In this document: positions 36,565 to 55,464 of the stretch, in pieces
Numbering within the stretch: position 1 is the stretch's first letter
Layout of the letters: the number at the start of each line of letters is the position of its first letter
DNA from: Octopus sinensis
Lineage: Eukaryota
Direction of reading: 5' to 3'
Length of the DNA: 64,000 nucleotides
Assembly (NCBI RefSeq): GCF_006345805.1
Contig: NW_021835954.1
Span: 186,001 to 250,000, forward strand
Program-made: the position numbers and the translations under genes
The notes under the pieces: model-generated
Seen by the model: the letters and a program-made list of their open reading frames with translations, nothing else
Database searches by the model: none
What the model was told of the DNA's origin: nothing

Positions 36565-37089
36565 GAATGTATTTGCGTGTGGGTATAGTATGGGTTAGTT
36601 AAATATGTTTGCAATAAGAGTCGCGTGGTAGAAATAAAGGCAATTACCAAACTTTTAATCATAAATCCATTTATTATTTCATTCTTTTGTATTTCAATTT
36701 GTACATTTGTTGGATCTTGCAGGCATGAAGTGGATTCGATCCACCATAGCCAAATTTAAATTAACAGTTCAGCAGAACTTTTTTCACAATAAAGCAACAG
36801 TTTTTCTGTGACAGCAGTTTTACATTTGCCAGATTGCCTTAGCTTGACCGAAATAATGTCTTCACCACTTGACCCTTATAACCTCTTCTACTTCACCAAA
36901 AGCTAGAATAGAGATATCACAGTACCACCAACGAAGCCCATTGTTCTCAACGATATGTCTATCCTTCTGGATAGTTATAAAAGCAAGAACCCCTTAGAAA
37001 AAAAACCAGTAGTCACTTGGTAACAAATGAGTGAGTCGACTGGTGACAACTCAAACAGTTAGGGAACGGACCGCTAGAATCATGATCCG

Positions 37090-38462
37090 AGAAAACTTTC
37101 CAGGTTTCCGACCAAATTTGCAGGAGTCACGGGAATCCCCAGAACTTTCTGTTAAATGCTCGGAACTTTCCAGAAAACTTCCGACCAATTTTCCAGGTTG
37201 GGGGAATCCCGGAAATTTCGATGAAAGCCTCGGAATTTTCCAGGAAGATTCCGACCAATTTTCGAGGATATTGAAAGATTACTGGAATGTTTAGTGGAAC
37301 ACTATGAACTATCCAGGAAGCTTCCGAATAATCTTCCAGGAACTTGGAGAATCCGCGGAACTTTCCATGAAACACTCGGAAATTTTCATGAAGTTTCCCA
37401 CAAAATTTCCAGGAGATTAGGGAATCACCGGAACGTTCCAGGAAGTTTCTGGTCGAATTTACAGGAGTCAGTGGGAATCCCTGGAACTTTCTCCTAGATT
37501 ATCGGATCTTTCCAGAAATTTCTGACCAATTTTCCAGGAGGTTGGGGGTTCCCCGGAACTTTACATGAAATCCTCGGAATATTCCAGGAAGATTCCGGCC
37601 AATTTTCGAGGAAGTTGGGATATCCCTGGAAGGTTCCATGCAGTCCTCGGAACTATCCAGAAAGTTTCCGATCAATTTTCCAGGAACTTGGAGAATCCCC
37701 GGAAATTTCCATGAAATCCTCGGAAATTTTCAAGAAGATATAACCGGAACTTTCAATGAAATCCTTGGAACTTTCCAGGAATTTTCCAGGATGTTAGGGA
37801 ATCCCGGAGCATTCCATGAAATCCTAGGGATTTTTCGGGAAGTTTCCAACAAATTCGCCAGGAAGTTGGGGAATCCCCGGAACTTCCCATGAAATCCTCG
37901 GAATTTTCCGGGAAGTTTCCAACCAATTTACCAGGTAGTTGGGTGAATTCTCGGAACTTACCATGAAATCCTCCGAACATGCAAGAAAGTTTCCGATCAA
38001 ATTTCCAGGAAGTTGTGGGAATCCCCGGAATTGACCATGAAATCCTCGGAACTTTCAAGGAACTTTCCGATCAATTTTCCAGGAAGTTGGGAATCCTAGG
38101 ATCTTTCCAAGAAATCCTCGGAACTTTCCAGAAGTATCTGACCAATTTTCTATGTAAATTGCGGATTCCCCGAAACTTTCCAAGAAATCCTCGGTGCTTT
38201 GCAGGAAGATTCAGACCAAATTTCCATGAAGTCGAGAGAATCCCCAGAACTTTCCATGGAATCCTCGGACCTTTCCAGGAAGTTTCCGACCAATTTTTCA
38301 AGAAGTCGGGGCAACCTTGGAACTTTTCATGAAATTCTAGGGACATTCAAGGAAGTTTCTGACCAAATTTCCCCGGAACTTTCCATGAAATCCTCGGAAT
38401 TTTTCACGAAGTTTTCGACCAATTTTCAAGGAAGTTAGAAAGTCCTCGGAACTTCCCAGGAA
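37090..38462. repeat. ~72-bp diverged minisatellite (about 19 units) with ~11-bp sub-repeats
   Basis: GGAATCCCC recurs at about 72-bp spacing (e.g. 37545, 37617, 37689); built from TTCCAGGAA/TTCCATGAA blocks. Confidence 0.85.
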
Positions 38463-38467
38463 GTTTT

Positions 38468-39478
38468 CAGCCTTTGGCGAACAACTAGGTCGTTTTATGT
38501 ATCTCGTTTAGCGAAACGCTACGTCATTTTATATATCTCGTATCGCGAAACGCTACGTCATTTTATCGATCTCGTTTAACGAATTGCTAAGTCATTTTTC
38601 GATCTCGTTTGACAAACAGCTACATCAATTCATCGATCTCGTTTGGCGAACAACCAAGTCAATTTACCGATCTCGATTGTTGAACCGCTACGTCATTTTA
38701 TCGATCTCGTTTGTAGAACCGCGAAGTCATTTTATCGATCTCATTTGGCGAACCCTTAAGTCATTTTATCGATCTCGTTTGGTGAACCGCTACGTCAGTT
38801 TATCGATCTCATTTTGCGAACCAAAACGTCATTTCATCGATCTCGTTTGGCGGAACGCTACGTCATTTTATCGATCTAATGTCAAAACATTGTCATTTCA
38901 TCGATTTCCTTTGGCGAATCGCTACGTCATTTTATCGATTTCGTTTGGGGAACCGCTACGGCATTTTATCGATCTGGTATAGCGATCCGCGACGTCATTT
39001 TATCGATCTCGTTTGTCAAACCTTAAAGTCAATTTAGCGATCTCGTTTGGAAAACTGCTACGGCAATTTATCGATCACGTCGAACCACTAGGTTTTTTTT
39101 GCCGATCTCGTTTAGCGAATCGCTAAGTCATTTTCTCGAAACCGTTTTGCGAACCGCTACGTCAGTTTAACGATTTCGTTTGGCGAACAGCTACGTCATT
39201 TTATCAATATCGTCTAGCGAACCGCTACGTCATTTTATCGATCTCGTTCGGCGAGCCGCTACGTCATTTTATCGATCTTGTTTGTCGAAACGCTAAGTCA
39301 TTTTATCGATTTCGTTTGGCGAACCGCTACGTCAATTTATCGATATCGATTGGTGAACCGCTACGTCATTGTAACGATCCCGTTTGGCAAACCGCTACGT
39401 CATTTTATTGATCTCGTTTGTCGAAATGCTACATAGTTTTCTCAATCTCGTTTGGTTAAACGCTACGTCATTTTATTC
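38468..39478. repeat. 34-bp CpG-rich minisatellite (about 30 units)
   Basis: Consensus GAACCGCTACGTCATTTTATCGATCTCGTTTGGC. Confidence 0.9.
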
Positions 39479-39494
39479 CATCTCTTACGGGACT

Positions 39495-39843
39495 CCTCTT
39501 TGAACAATATCGGCACAATCTTCGATCTCCTTCGGCAATCCTCTTTGATCTCCTTCAGCACTCGTCTTTGATCTCTTTAAGCACTCTCTTTAATCTCTTT
39601 CGGCACCCTCTTTGATCTCTGTCAGCAGGCTCTTTGACCTCTGTCGGCGACCTCTTTGATCTCTGTCGGCATCCTCTTTGATCTCCGTCAACACTCCTCT
39701 TTGATCTCCGTCGGCGCCCTCTTTGATCTATGTCGGCGCCCTCTTTGATCTATGTCGGCACCCTCTTTGATCTCTGTCGGCGCCCTTTTTGATCTATGTC
39801 GGCACCCTCTTTGATCTCTGTCGGCACACTCTTTGATATCCGT
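39495..39843. repeat. 23-bp minisatellite, left part
   Basis: GATCTCTGTCGGCA..CCTCTTT units. Confidence 0.9.
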
Positions 39844-40236
39844 CATAATAATGATAATTATTATTATTATTATTATCATTATTATTATAATTATTATTGT
39901 AATTATTATTATTATTATTAATATTATTATTATCATTATTATTATTATTATTTTTAATATTATTATTATTATAATTATGAATATTATTATTATTATTATT
40001 ATTATTTTATTATTATCATTATTATCATTATTATCTTTCTTCTTCTTCTTATCATTATTATTATTATTATTATTATTATCATTTTTATTATAAGTATTAT
40101 TATTAATAATAATATTATTATTATTATTATTAATATTATTATTATTATTATTTTTATTATCGTTATTATTATTATTATTATTATTATTAATATTATTATT
40201 ATCATTATTATTATTATCATTAGTATAATTATTATG

Positions 40237-40275
<39 letters not shown>

Positions 40276-40629
40276 ATTATTATTAATATTATCGTTATTG
40301 TTATTATCATTATCATTAATATTATCGTTATTGTTATTATCATTATCATTAATGTTATTATTAATATTATTATTATTATTATCGTTATTATTATTATTAT
40401 TATTATTAATATTATGACTATTATAATCGTTATTATTATTATTAATATTAATATTATTATTATTATTATAGTTATTATTATTATTATCATTATTATTATA
40501 TTATTATCATTATCATTATTATATTATTATTATCATTTTTATTATAAGTATTATTATTAATAATAATATTATTATTATTATTATTAATATTATTATTATT
40601 TTATTATTATTATTATTATTTTTATTATC

Positions 40630-40662
<33 letters not shown>

Positions 40663-40707
40663 ATTATTATTATTATTATTATTATTATCATTAGTATAAT
40701 TATTATG

Positions 40708-40743
<36 letters not shown>

Positions 40744-40940
40744 ATTATATTAATATTATTATTAATATTATCGTTATTGTTATTATCATTATCATTAATA
40801 TTATCGTTATTGTTATTATCATTATCATTAATATTATTATTAATATTATTATTATTATCGTTATTATTATTATTATTAATATTATGACTATTATAATCGT
40901 TATTATTATTATTAATATTAATATTATTATTATTATTATA

Positions 40941-40972
<32 letters not shown>

Positions 40973-41043
40973 CATCATTATTATTATTATCATTCTTATT
41001 ATTATTCTTATAATGATTATTATTATTATTATTACCGTTATTA

Positions 41044-41077
<34 letters not shown>

Positions 41078-41140
41078 ATTATTATTACAATTATTATAAT
41101 CATTATAATCATTCTTCTTCTTATTATTATTATTATTATT
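39844..41140. repeat. Degenerate (ATT)n tract with an internal ~460-bp duplication
   Basis: Marker variants repeat at 40080/40533, 40221/40692 and 40413/40884. Confidence 0.9.
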
Positions 41141-43905
41141 CAGTAGTTTTATTTTTATTGCGTGCTTTCACTTCACTACCGAGCGCAGCTCTGTATGCCT
41201 TGGTTATGTGCTGTGATTTGTCGTGATGCTCTGATGGTTATTGTATGGAAAATGTTCTGCGTAGGATTTGTGCAGTGCCTAGTAGTGCAATTTTCTGTAT
41301 GTTATATGTGTTTGTAAGTCCTGGTGTTTTTGTTATGTATTTGTCTGAATATTTTTTTATCATGCCTAATGCACCTACTATGATAGGAATTGTTTCTGTT
41401 TTCAGATTCCACATTCTAGTTACCTCTATTTCCAGGTCTTTGTATTTTGAGAGTTTCTCCATTTCTTTTAGAGACACGTTGTCATCAGCCGGTATTGATA
41501 CATCAACTAGAAAGCATTTTTTTCCTTCATGGTCTCTGACAACTATATCTGGTCTGTTGGCCTTAATTTCTCTATCTGTGTGTATCGGCATATCCCAGAG
41601 TATGGTTGCTTTCTCGTTTTCTGTGACCTTTTCTGGTGTGTGCCTATACCATCTTTTTTCTGTTGTTATTCCATAATGTTGGCATAGCTTCCAATGTATG
41701 TAGGTTCCAACTCTGTCATGTCTGTGAATATATTCCTTTTTCGCCAGGACTGGGCAGCTAGAGATAATATGATTTATTGTTTCTTGTCCATCTCCACATA
41801 TTCTGCAGTTACTTGTAATATTTCTTTTCATCACATGTTTTTGGTAATTTCTGGTGGGGAGGCTTTAGTCTTGTGCTGCAATTAAAAATCCCTCTGTTTC
41901 TGCTTTGAGTCCTGAGCTTCTCAACCATTGCTGGGATTTTTCTTTGTCTATTTCTTTTGCGTTTAGTTTAGTGCAGTATTTACCATGAAGGGGCTTTTCT
42001 TGCCATCGTTTTATCATGGTTCGTTGCTGTTCTATTTTTAGTTTGGATTTCATTTGTTTTATAGCTTTTGTTGTTTCTTCATCTTCTTCTTCTTCTTCAT
42101 GTTTATTAGGTGGTATGATTTCTTGTTTGTATTTGTCAGCTTCCTTAAATACTGAGAACAGTTTTTTGTTTTGCTCGTGTTTTGCCGCTATCTGGATCAG
42201 TTTTCCTTCCTTCTGAAGTAGATATTTTTGCAGTCCTATGGTGGTTATTTTATAGTAGTTTTCCAGCTGTATAAGGCCTCTACCACCTTCTATACGTTGT
42301 ATATATAGTCTTTCTATGTCAGATTTTGGGTGATGCATCCTAGATCCTGTCATTATTTTTCTTGTTTTCCTATCTATTTTGGTCAGTTCATTTCGTGTCC
42401 AGTTAAGGATATTGTAGCTGTAACTTATAACTGGGACAGCTAAAGTGTTGATACCTATTATCTTGTTTTTAGCATTGAGCTCTGTGTTTAGTATTGATCT
42501 AACTCGTCTATAATATTCTTTTTTTATTTTCTCTTTCATTTGTGTGTGTTGTGTCTTATCTAGTTCATGGATTCCTAAGTATTTGTAAGTTTGGCTTTGG
42601 TCTAATTCTTTTATTTCATTGGTTTTATCTAGTGTGATGTTGTTACTCTTAACTAGTTTTCCTCTTTTCAGGGTTACTTTGGCGCATTTTTCTAATCCAA
42701 ATTTCATATCTATTTCTTTGGTAAATCCATGAACTGTCTTTAATAGTGTTTCCAGCTGTTTGTCATTTGCAGCGTATAGTTTTAGGTCATCCATATATAA
42801 AAGGTGGCTGATCGTTTTGCCGTAACATTTATATCCGCATCCAGTTCTATTTAGCATATCAGATAGAGGTGACAGTGCCAAGCAGAAAAGGAGTGCAGAG
42901 AGCATGTCTCCCTGGAATATTCCTCTTCTAATGGGGATGTCTTTGGTTTTCATGAGTCCCTCTTTTGTTTGGAGGTGTAGGACTGTTTGCCATTTATTCA
43001 TAGAGTGCTCTATGAATTTTATGATTGTTGGTGCTACTTTGTTAATGGCTACAGTTTCGAGGATCCATGTGTGGGGGATGCTATCAAACGCCTTTTTGTA
43101 GTCAATCCAGGCCATACTGAGGCCTTTCTTCTTTCTGTGGCTGTCTTCAGTTACGGCTTTATTAATCATTAGTTGATCTTTACAGCCATATGAGCCCTTG
43201 CGGCATCCTTTCTGCTCTTCTGGGAACAGTTTGTTTTCGTCCAGGTGCTTGTTCAGCCTTTGCGATATCACTGCAGTAAATGCCTTGAACATAGTAGGGA
43301 GGCAGGTTATTGGTCTGTAGTTTTCTGGTTTTTCTGTTTCATTTGATTTGGGAATTAAGATGGTTTTCCCCTTCGTGAGCCATTCAGGCATTGTCTCTGG
43401 CTCTGCTAGTATGCTGTTAAAGTTTTCAGCCAGCTTTTTGTGCATTCCTGTTAGATATTTCAACCAGAAGTTGGGGAACTTGTCATGCCCAGGTGCCTTC
43501 CAGTTGCTTAGTTTTTGCAGTGCCTGGGTGAGCTCTTCAGTTGTTATGGGGGTCCAAAGTTGTTCAGATGCCGAGTTTGTTATTCTCATACTCCTTTTTT
43601 TTGGCTGTTCGTTCGCCGACCATATATCTCTCCAGAATTCTTCCAATTCTTCTGCCGTTGGTGCTGCAGTGACTTCTATTTTATTTTTGCCCAGTTCTTG
43701 GTAGAACTTTTTGGGGTCGGAGTTGAACTTTTTGTTCTGTTCAAAGAAACGTTGGCGTTTCTCGTACCGGCGGATCCTTTGAGCTTTGGCAAGGATATCT
43801 TGCTTCAGCTTTTCTTTTATCTCCGGCAAATCTTTTTCTGTGATGTTATATTTGCGGAGCATTTTTGTTCTCTTTTTGTTGCTAAGTAGCGTTGCTACTA
43901 CTAAT
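41140..43905 (-). mobile_element. R4/Dong-clade non-LTR retrotransposon (RT, CCHC, restriction-like endonuclease), 5'-truncated, in (TAA)n
   Basis: YRPITCL, WIDYKKAFDS, GIFQGDMLS, LYMDDLKL; one in-frame stop at 41865-41867; CRICG...HIISSC; PDIVV...LVDVSIP; ends at 41238, short 3'UTR, then (TAA)n. Confidence 0.92.
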
Positions 43906-43923
43906 ATTATTATTATTAATATT

Positions 43924-43955
<32 letters not shown>

Positions 43956-43970
43956 TATTATTATTATTAT

Positions 43971-48718
<4,748 letters not shown>

Positions 48719-51700
48719 ATGTCGGTACTCCTCTTTGATCTCTGTCGGCATCCCTCTTTCATCTCTGTCGATACTCCTATTTGATCTCTGTCGGTACTCC
48801 CCTTTGATCTCTCTCGGTACTCCCCTTTGATCTCTGTCGGCATTCCTCTTTGATCTCTGTCGGCATTCTTCTTTGATCTTTGACGGCATTTGTCTTAGAA
48901 ATCTGTCGGTACTCCTCTTTGATCTATGTTTGCATTCCTCTTTGATCTCTGTCGGTACTCCTATTTGATCTCTGTCGGTACTCCCCTTTGATCTCTCTCG
49001 GTACACCTCTTTGATCTCTGACGGCATTCCTCTTTGATCTCTGTCGGTACTCCCCTTTCATCTCTGTCGGCATTCCTCTTTGATCTCTGACGGCACTCCT
49101 CTTTGAACTCTGTCGGCATTTCTATTTGAACTCTGTCGGTACTCCCCTTTGATCTCTATCGGCGTTCCTCTTTGATCTCTGAATGCATTCCTCTTTGATC
49201 TATGTCGGTACTCCCCGTTGATCTCTGTCGGCATTTCACTTTGATCTATGTCGGTACTCCTCTTTGATCTCTGTCGGCATTCCTCTTTGATCTCTGTCGG
49301 TACTCCTCTTTGATCTCTGTCGGCATTCCTCTTTGATATCTGTCGGTACTCCCCTTTGATCTCTGTCGGCATTCCTCTTTGATCTCTGTTGGTACTCCTC
49401 TTTGATCTCTATCGGCATTCCTCTTAGATCTCTGTCGGTATTCCTATTTGATCTCTGTTTGTATTCCCCTTTGATCTATCTCGGTACTCCTCTTTGATCT
49501 CTGTCGGCATTCCTCTTTGATCTCTGACGGCATTCCTCTTTGATCTCTGTCGGCATTCCTCTTTGATCTCTGTCGGTACTCCCCTTTGATCTTTGTCGGC
49601 ATTCCTCTTTGATCTCTGACGGCATTCCTCTTTGATCTCTGTCGGTACTCCTCTTTGATCTCTGTCGGCATTCCTCTTTGATCTCTGTCGGTATTCCTCT
49701 CTGATCTCTGTCGGCATTCCTCTTTGATCTCTGTTGGTACTCCCCTTTGATCTCTGTCGGCATTCCTCTTTGATCTCTGTCGGTACTCCCCTTTGATCTG
49801 TCGACATTCCTCTTTGATCTCTGTCGGCATTCCTCTTTGATATTTGACGGCATTTATCTTTGATATCTGTCGGCAATCCTCTTTGATCTCTGTCGGCATT
49901 CCTCTTTGATCTCTGTCGGTACTCCCCTTTGATCTCTGTCGACATTCCTCTTTGATCTCTGTCGGCATTCCTCTTTGATATTTGACGGCATTTATCTTTG
50001 ATATCTGTCGGCATTCCTCTTTGATTTCTGCCGGTACTCCTATTTGATCTCTGTCGGGACTCCCCTTTGATCTCTCTCGGTACTCCTCTTTGATCTCTGA
50101 CGGCATTCCTCTTTGATATCTGTCGGTACTCCCCTTTGATCTCTGTCGGCATTCCTCTTGATCTATGTCGGTACTCCTCTTTGATCTCTGTCGGTACTCC
50201 CCTTTGATCTCTGTCGGCATTCCTCTTTGATCTCTGTCGGAACTCCCCTTTGATCTATGTCGGCATTCCTCTTTGATCTCTCTCGGCATTCCTCTTTGAT
50301 CTTTGACGGCATTTGTCTTTGATATATGTCGGTCCTCCCCTTTGATCTCTGTCGGCATTCCTCTTTGATCTCTGTCGGTACTCCTATTTGATCTCTGTCG
50401 GTACTCCCCTTCGATCTCTCTCGGTACTCCTCTTTGATCACTGTCGGTACTCCCCTTTGATCCTTGTCGGCATTCCTCTTTGATACTGACGGCATTCATC
50501 TTTGATACTGACGGCATTCATCTTTGATCTCTGACGGCAATCCTCTTTGATCTCTGTCGGTACCCACCTATGATCTCTGTCGGCATTCCTTTTGTATCTC
50601 TGTCGGCATTCCTCTTTGATCTCTGTTGGCATTCCTATTTGATCTCTGTCGGTACTCCCCTTTGATCTCTATCGGTACTCCTCTTTGATCTCTGTCGGTA
50701 CCCCCCTTTGATCTCTGTCGGCATTCCTCTTTGATCTCAGTCGGCATTCCTCTTTGATCTTTGACGGCATTTGTCTTCGATCTCTGTCAGTACTCCAATT
50801 TGATCTCTGTCGGTACTCCCCTTTGATCTCTCTCGGTACTCCTCTTTGATCTCTGCCGGTACTCCCCTTTGATCTCTGTCGGCATTCCTCTTTGATCTCT
50901 GACGGCCTTCCTCTTTGATATCTGTCGGTATTCCTCTTTGATATGTGTTGGTACTCCCCTTTGATCTCTGTCGGCATTCCTCTTTGATCTATGTCGGCAA
51001 TCCTCTTTGATCTTTGACGGCATTTGTCTTTGATATCTGTCGGTACTCCTGTTTGATCTATATCGGAATTCCTCTTAGATCTCTCTCGGTACTCCTCTTT
51101 GATCTCTGTCGGTACTCCCCTTTGATCTCTGTCGGCATTCCTCTTTGATCTCTGTCGGCATTCCTCTTTGATCTCAGTCGGAACTCCCCTTTGATCTCTG
51201 TCGGCATACCTCTTTGATATCTGTCGGCATTCCTCTTTGATCTTTGACGGCATTTGTCTTTCATATCTGTCGGTACTCCCCTTTGATCTCTGTCGGCATT
51301 CCTCATTGATCTCTGTCGGTACTCCTCTTTGATCTCTGTCGGCATTCCTCTTTGATCTCTGTCGGTATTCCCTTTGATCTCTGTCGGCATTCCTCTTTGA
51401 TCTCTGTCGGTACCCCCCTTTGATATCTGTCGGCATTCCTCTTTGATCTCTGTCGGCATTCCTCTTTGATCTTTCACGGCATTTGTCTTTGATATCTGTC
51501 GGTACTCCCCTTTGATCTCTGCCGGCATTCCTCTTTGATCTCTGTCGGTACTCCTCTTTGATCTCTGTCCGCATTCCTCTTTGATCTCTGTCGGTACTCC
51601 CCTTTGGTCTCTGTCGGCATTCCTCTTTGATCTCTTTCGGTACTCTCCTTTGATCTCTGTCGGCATTCTTCTTTGATCTCTGTCGGTACTCCCCTTTGAT

Positions 51701-52467
51701 ATCTGTCGGCATTCCTCTTTAATCTTTGTCGGTACTCCTATTTGATCTCTGTCGGTACTCCCCTTTGATCTCTGTCGGCATTCCCCTTTGATCTCTGACG
51801 ACATTCCTCTTTGATCTATGTCGGTACTATCCTTTGATCTCTGTCGGCATTCCTCATTGATCTCTGTCGGTACTCCTCTTTGATCAATGTCGGCATTCCT
51901 CTCTGATCTCTGTCGGTTTTCCTATTTGATCTCTGTCTGCATTCTCTTTGATCTCTGTCAATACTCCTCTCTGATCTCTGATTGCATTCCTCTTTGATCT
52001 CAATCGGTACTCCTCTTTGATCTCTGATTGCATTCCTCTTTGATCTCAATCGGTACTCCTCTTTGATCTCTGAGAGCATTCCTCTTTGATCTCTGTCGGT
52101 ACTTCTTTTTGATCTCTGCCGGCATTCCTCTATGACCTCTGTCGGTACTCCTCTCTGATCATTTACGGCATTCCTCTTTGATCTCTGTAGGTACTCCTCT
52201 TTGATCTCTGTCGATACTCCTTTTTGATCTCAGAAGGCATTCCACTTTGATCTCTGTCGGTACACCCCTTTGAACTCTGTCGGCATTCCTCTTTGATTTC
52301 TTTCGGTACTCCACTGTGATTTCTGACGCCATTCCTTTTGATCTCTGTCAGTACTCATCTTTGATCTCTGTCGGCATTCCTCTTTGATCTCCGTCGGTAC
52401 TCCTCTTTGACCTCTGTCGGCATTCCTCTTTGATCTCAGTCGGTACTCCTCTTTGATCTCTGTTGGC
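48719..52467. repeat. 23-bp minisatellite, main array (about 160 units)
   Basis: GATCTCTGTCGGCATTCCTCTTT alternating with GATCTCTGTCGGTACTCC(T/C)CTTT. Confidence 0.95.
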
Positions 52468-52824
52468 GCAACAATAACATTGTTGATTTAATAAGAACCT
52501 TAATCATCATCTGCATCAACTTGCCCATCATCATCTGCATCATCAGCTGCAGCAATATCGTCCTCCCCCTCCTCATCATCATCATCACTATCGTCATCAT
52601 ATTTCAACCATTAAACATTATTTTACTAAATGCCTGATTGGCTCTTTCTTCTTTTTCTTTCTTTCCTTCTTCCAGTACTAAAAAGGATGCAATTCGAAAG
52701 GAAGAAACTCACCCAATAAAACCGAGATAATCTGCGGAAGATGTAAAACTTTAATGTACGTACGTATGTATGTATGTTCGTATGTATGTATGTATGTATG
52801 TATATATGTATGTATGTATGTATG

Positions 52825-52856
<32 letters not shown>

Positions 52857-53005
52857 TGTATGTATGTATGTATGTAGGTGAGCACACACAGACAGATAGA
52901 CAAATAGATACATAGATCATACAAGTAACACAAGAAACGATACTAATACACTATACGCTTGTAAAGGCATATGCTTATATTTATATAGATGTATAAATGT
53001 GTGTT

Positions 53006-53053
<48 letters not shown>

Positions 53054-53271
53054 ATATAATATATATATATAAGAGAGATTGAAAGTATGGTTGTTAGTTC
53101 CACGTGGTTGAATATACAAGGAAAGAGAAAAGATGAAAAACCACTGAAGATTTGTTTGACATGACTAAATAATATTTTGGAATCATCAAAACGGAATATT
53201 TATATAATATTATACAAAATCAGATTTTTGCCTTCGGAAACATAAAATAACCAGTTTGGCTTGATGCAGTT

Positions 53272-53545
53272 TGGAATTCGAGATTTTGTATGCTAGTCGA
53301 GATAATTGGTAACCAAGGTATTTTTTATCGAAAACTATAAACCAGAATTAAATATAAACCCATATTGAAAAGTAAAGATTTAACCACGATAGGTTAAATC
53401 TTTACTTTTGAATATAATATTCATATCAGCCAGAATCAAATAAAAAAAATCAATATTAAAGATTACGGATTTACCTCCCTTGTACTGAAGAATAATTTGG
53501 TTACCAATTATCTCCCCTAGCAAACAAACTATTTTAACTCCAAAT
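53272..53545. mobile_element. MITE-like inverted-repeat element
   Basis: GAGATAATTGGTAACCAA / TTGGTTACCAATTATCTC with weaker outer symmetry. Confidence 0.5.
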
Positions 53546-53616
53546 TCGATCCAGCGAAACCGGTGACGTGATGTTGGAAGAGCAAAAATCTTATTTTCTA
53601 TAATATTGCATAATAC

Positions 53617-54057
53617 GGATCTTTTCGGTTTTAACGGTAGTTTTTAACATAATTTCTAGGTAACTAAAAAATTTTAAACTTCGTATACTGGTAGAATGTG
53701 TTTATAAAACATCTTTTTTCTCCTGGCTTTATTGAGAAAATTCTATAGTTATTCTATAGATATTTGTTGTTTTATTTTCTTCAATTTCTGCAATTTCAAC
53801 CATTCAATGACGTCCATTGAGGTTAAAAGAACATTCTGTGCCGTATGAATATCTCCCTCGTTTAAGAAACAAGTTGGGTTTATTTACATTTGTGAAGAAA
53901 AGAAGATACCCTCCCCACCACCCCTAACGCTAACCTTAATCAACCCTAACCCTAAAACAGATTGAAATGCAATAGACCGATACTAGGGTCAAAATTATGG
54001 GTGACAATTTCATATGACACCGCTTGAAAAAACTACCGTTCAAACCGAATAGATCCA
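53617..54057. mobile_element. MITE with ~30-bp TIRs and an internal TAACCC motif
   Basis: GGATCTTTTCGGTTTTAACGGTAGTTTTT / AAAAACTACCGTTCAAACCGAATAGATCC. Confidence 0.6.
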
Positions 54058-54094
54058 ATAATACTTCCGTTATATATTCTTCATGTGTGTATGT

Positions 54095-54170
<76 letters not shown>

Positions 54171-54172
<2 letters not shown>

Positions 54173-54440
54173 TGTAGGAGTGGCTGTGTGATAAGTAGCT
54201 TGCTTACCAACCACATGGTTCCGGGTTCAGTCCCACTGCGTGGCACCTTGGACAAATGTCTTCTGCTATAGCCTCAGGCTGACCAAAGCCTTGTGAGTGG
54301 ATTCGGTAGACCGAAACTGAAAGAAGACCGTCGTATATATGTGTATATGTGTGTTTACGATGCTGGTGTTTCTCCGTCCCCGTAACTTAGCGGTTCGGCA
54401 AAAGTAACCGATAGAATAAATACAAGGCTTAGAAAGAATA
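54171..54440 (+). mobile_element. SINE family B, 3'-truncated
   Basis: GGTGTAGGAGTGGCTGTGTG head and body as at 3625. Confidence 0.8.
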
Positions 54441-54952
54441 AATCATTTTGGGGCAAATTCTCTTGCAACCTGAGAGGAAATTTTAAGTGCACATGCACTT
54501 CATTTGATTACTGTGTTTCATGGGTATAGTTTCACTGATCGTGAGAATCAAATATACATTGTAACGTTTAGTACCGACAATTTTAAGTGCAAGTGTTAAG
54601 AAAATATATGTTACAGCAACCTTGGAATGCAGAAATGATGAGCATTTTAACCCCACAACAATTTAAGCCAAATTTTGTTTATCAGTTAATTAAAAATCAT
54701 CGTACGCTTTACTTGAGTGGCCTAGATAAAAATGTATTTGTTTCAACCCATCTTTAGCGCATATTCCATTTGTGTATAAAATTTCAAGAAAATCGGTTGA
54801 AAACTCTAAAATTTATGGCAGAAAATATCATTCATATGAGAATTTGCATTATTGATTTTTGAAAAATCGATGCTGATAAAAAATTATCAATTTTTCTGAA
54901 ATTCCAAGTGCGTAAGACCAGTTGGATAGTCTCAGAGGAGTTCAAGTAACAA

Positions 54953-55339
54953 TGGATGGAAGCACTCCGTCGGTTACGACGACGAGGGTTCCGGTTGATC
55001 CGATCAACGGAACAGCCTGCTCGTGAAATTAACGTGTAAGTGGCTGAGCACTCCACAGACACGTGTACCCTTAACGTAGTTCTCGGGGATATTCAGCGTG
55101 ACACAGAAAGTGACAAGGCCGGCCCTTTGAAATACAGGTACAACAGAAACAGGAAGTAAGAGTGAGAGAAAGTTGTAGTGAAAGAGTACAGCAGGGATCA
55201 CCACCATCCTTGCTGGAGCCTCGTGGAGCTTTAGGTGTTTTCGCTCAATAAACACTCACAACGCCCGGTCTGGGAATCGAAACCACGATCCTACGACCGC
55301 GAGTCCGCTGCCCAAACCACTGGGCCATTGCGCCTCCAC
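54953..55339 (-). mobile_element. SINE family D2
   Basis: TSD TTCAAGTAACAA at 54941-54952 and 55340-55351. Confidence 0.85.
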
Positions 55340-55464
55340 TTCAAGTAACAAACACACGTGCACACACACACACACACACAGCCACAGACAGACGGAAACT
55401 GCCATTTATCTCTATAAATTTTACCAATTCCTACTTATCATTTGTATTATTTATTCTACTTAGG

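Noticed and set aside
36700-36980. Weak MULE-like peptide (ENNGLRWW) on the minus strand
   Set aside because: Many stops and too little similarity to support a call.
38468-39478. 34-bp repeats of CRISPR-like length
   Set aside because: Units are contiguous with no unique spacers, there are no cas genes, and the context is eukaryotic.
52480-52610. Acidic Asp-rich reading on the minus strand
   Set aside because: Decayed (GAT)n microsatellite with no splice or start context.
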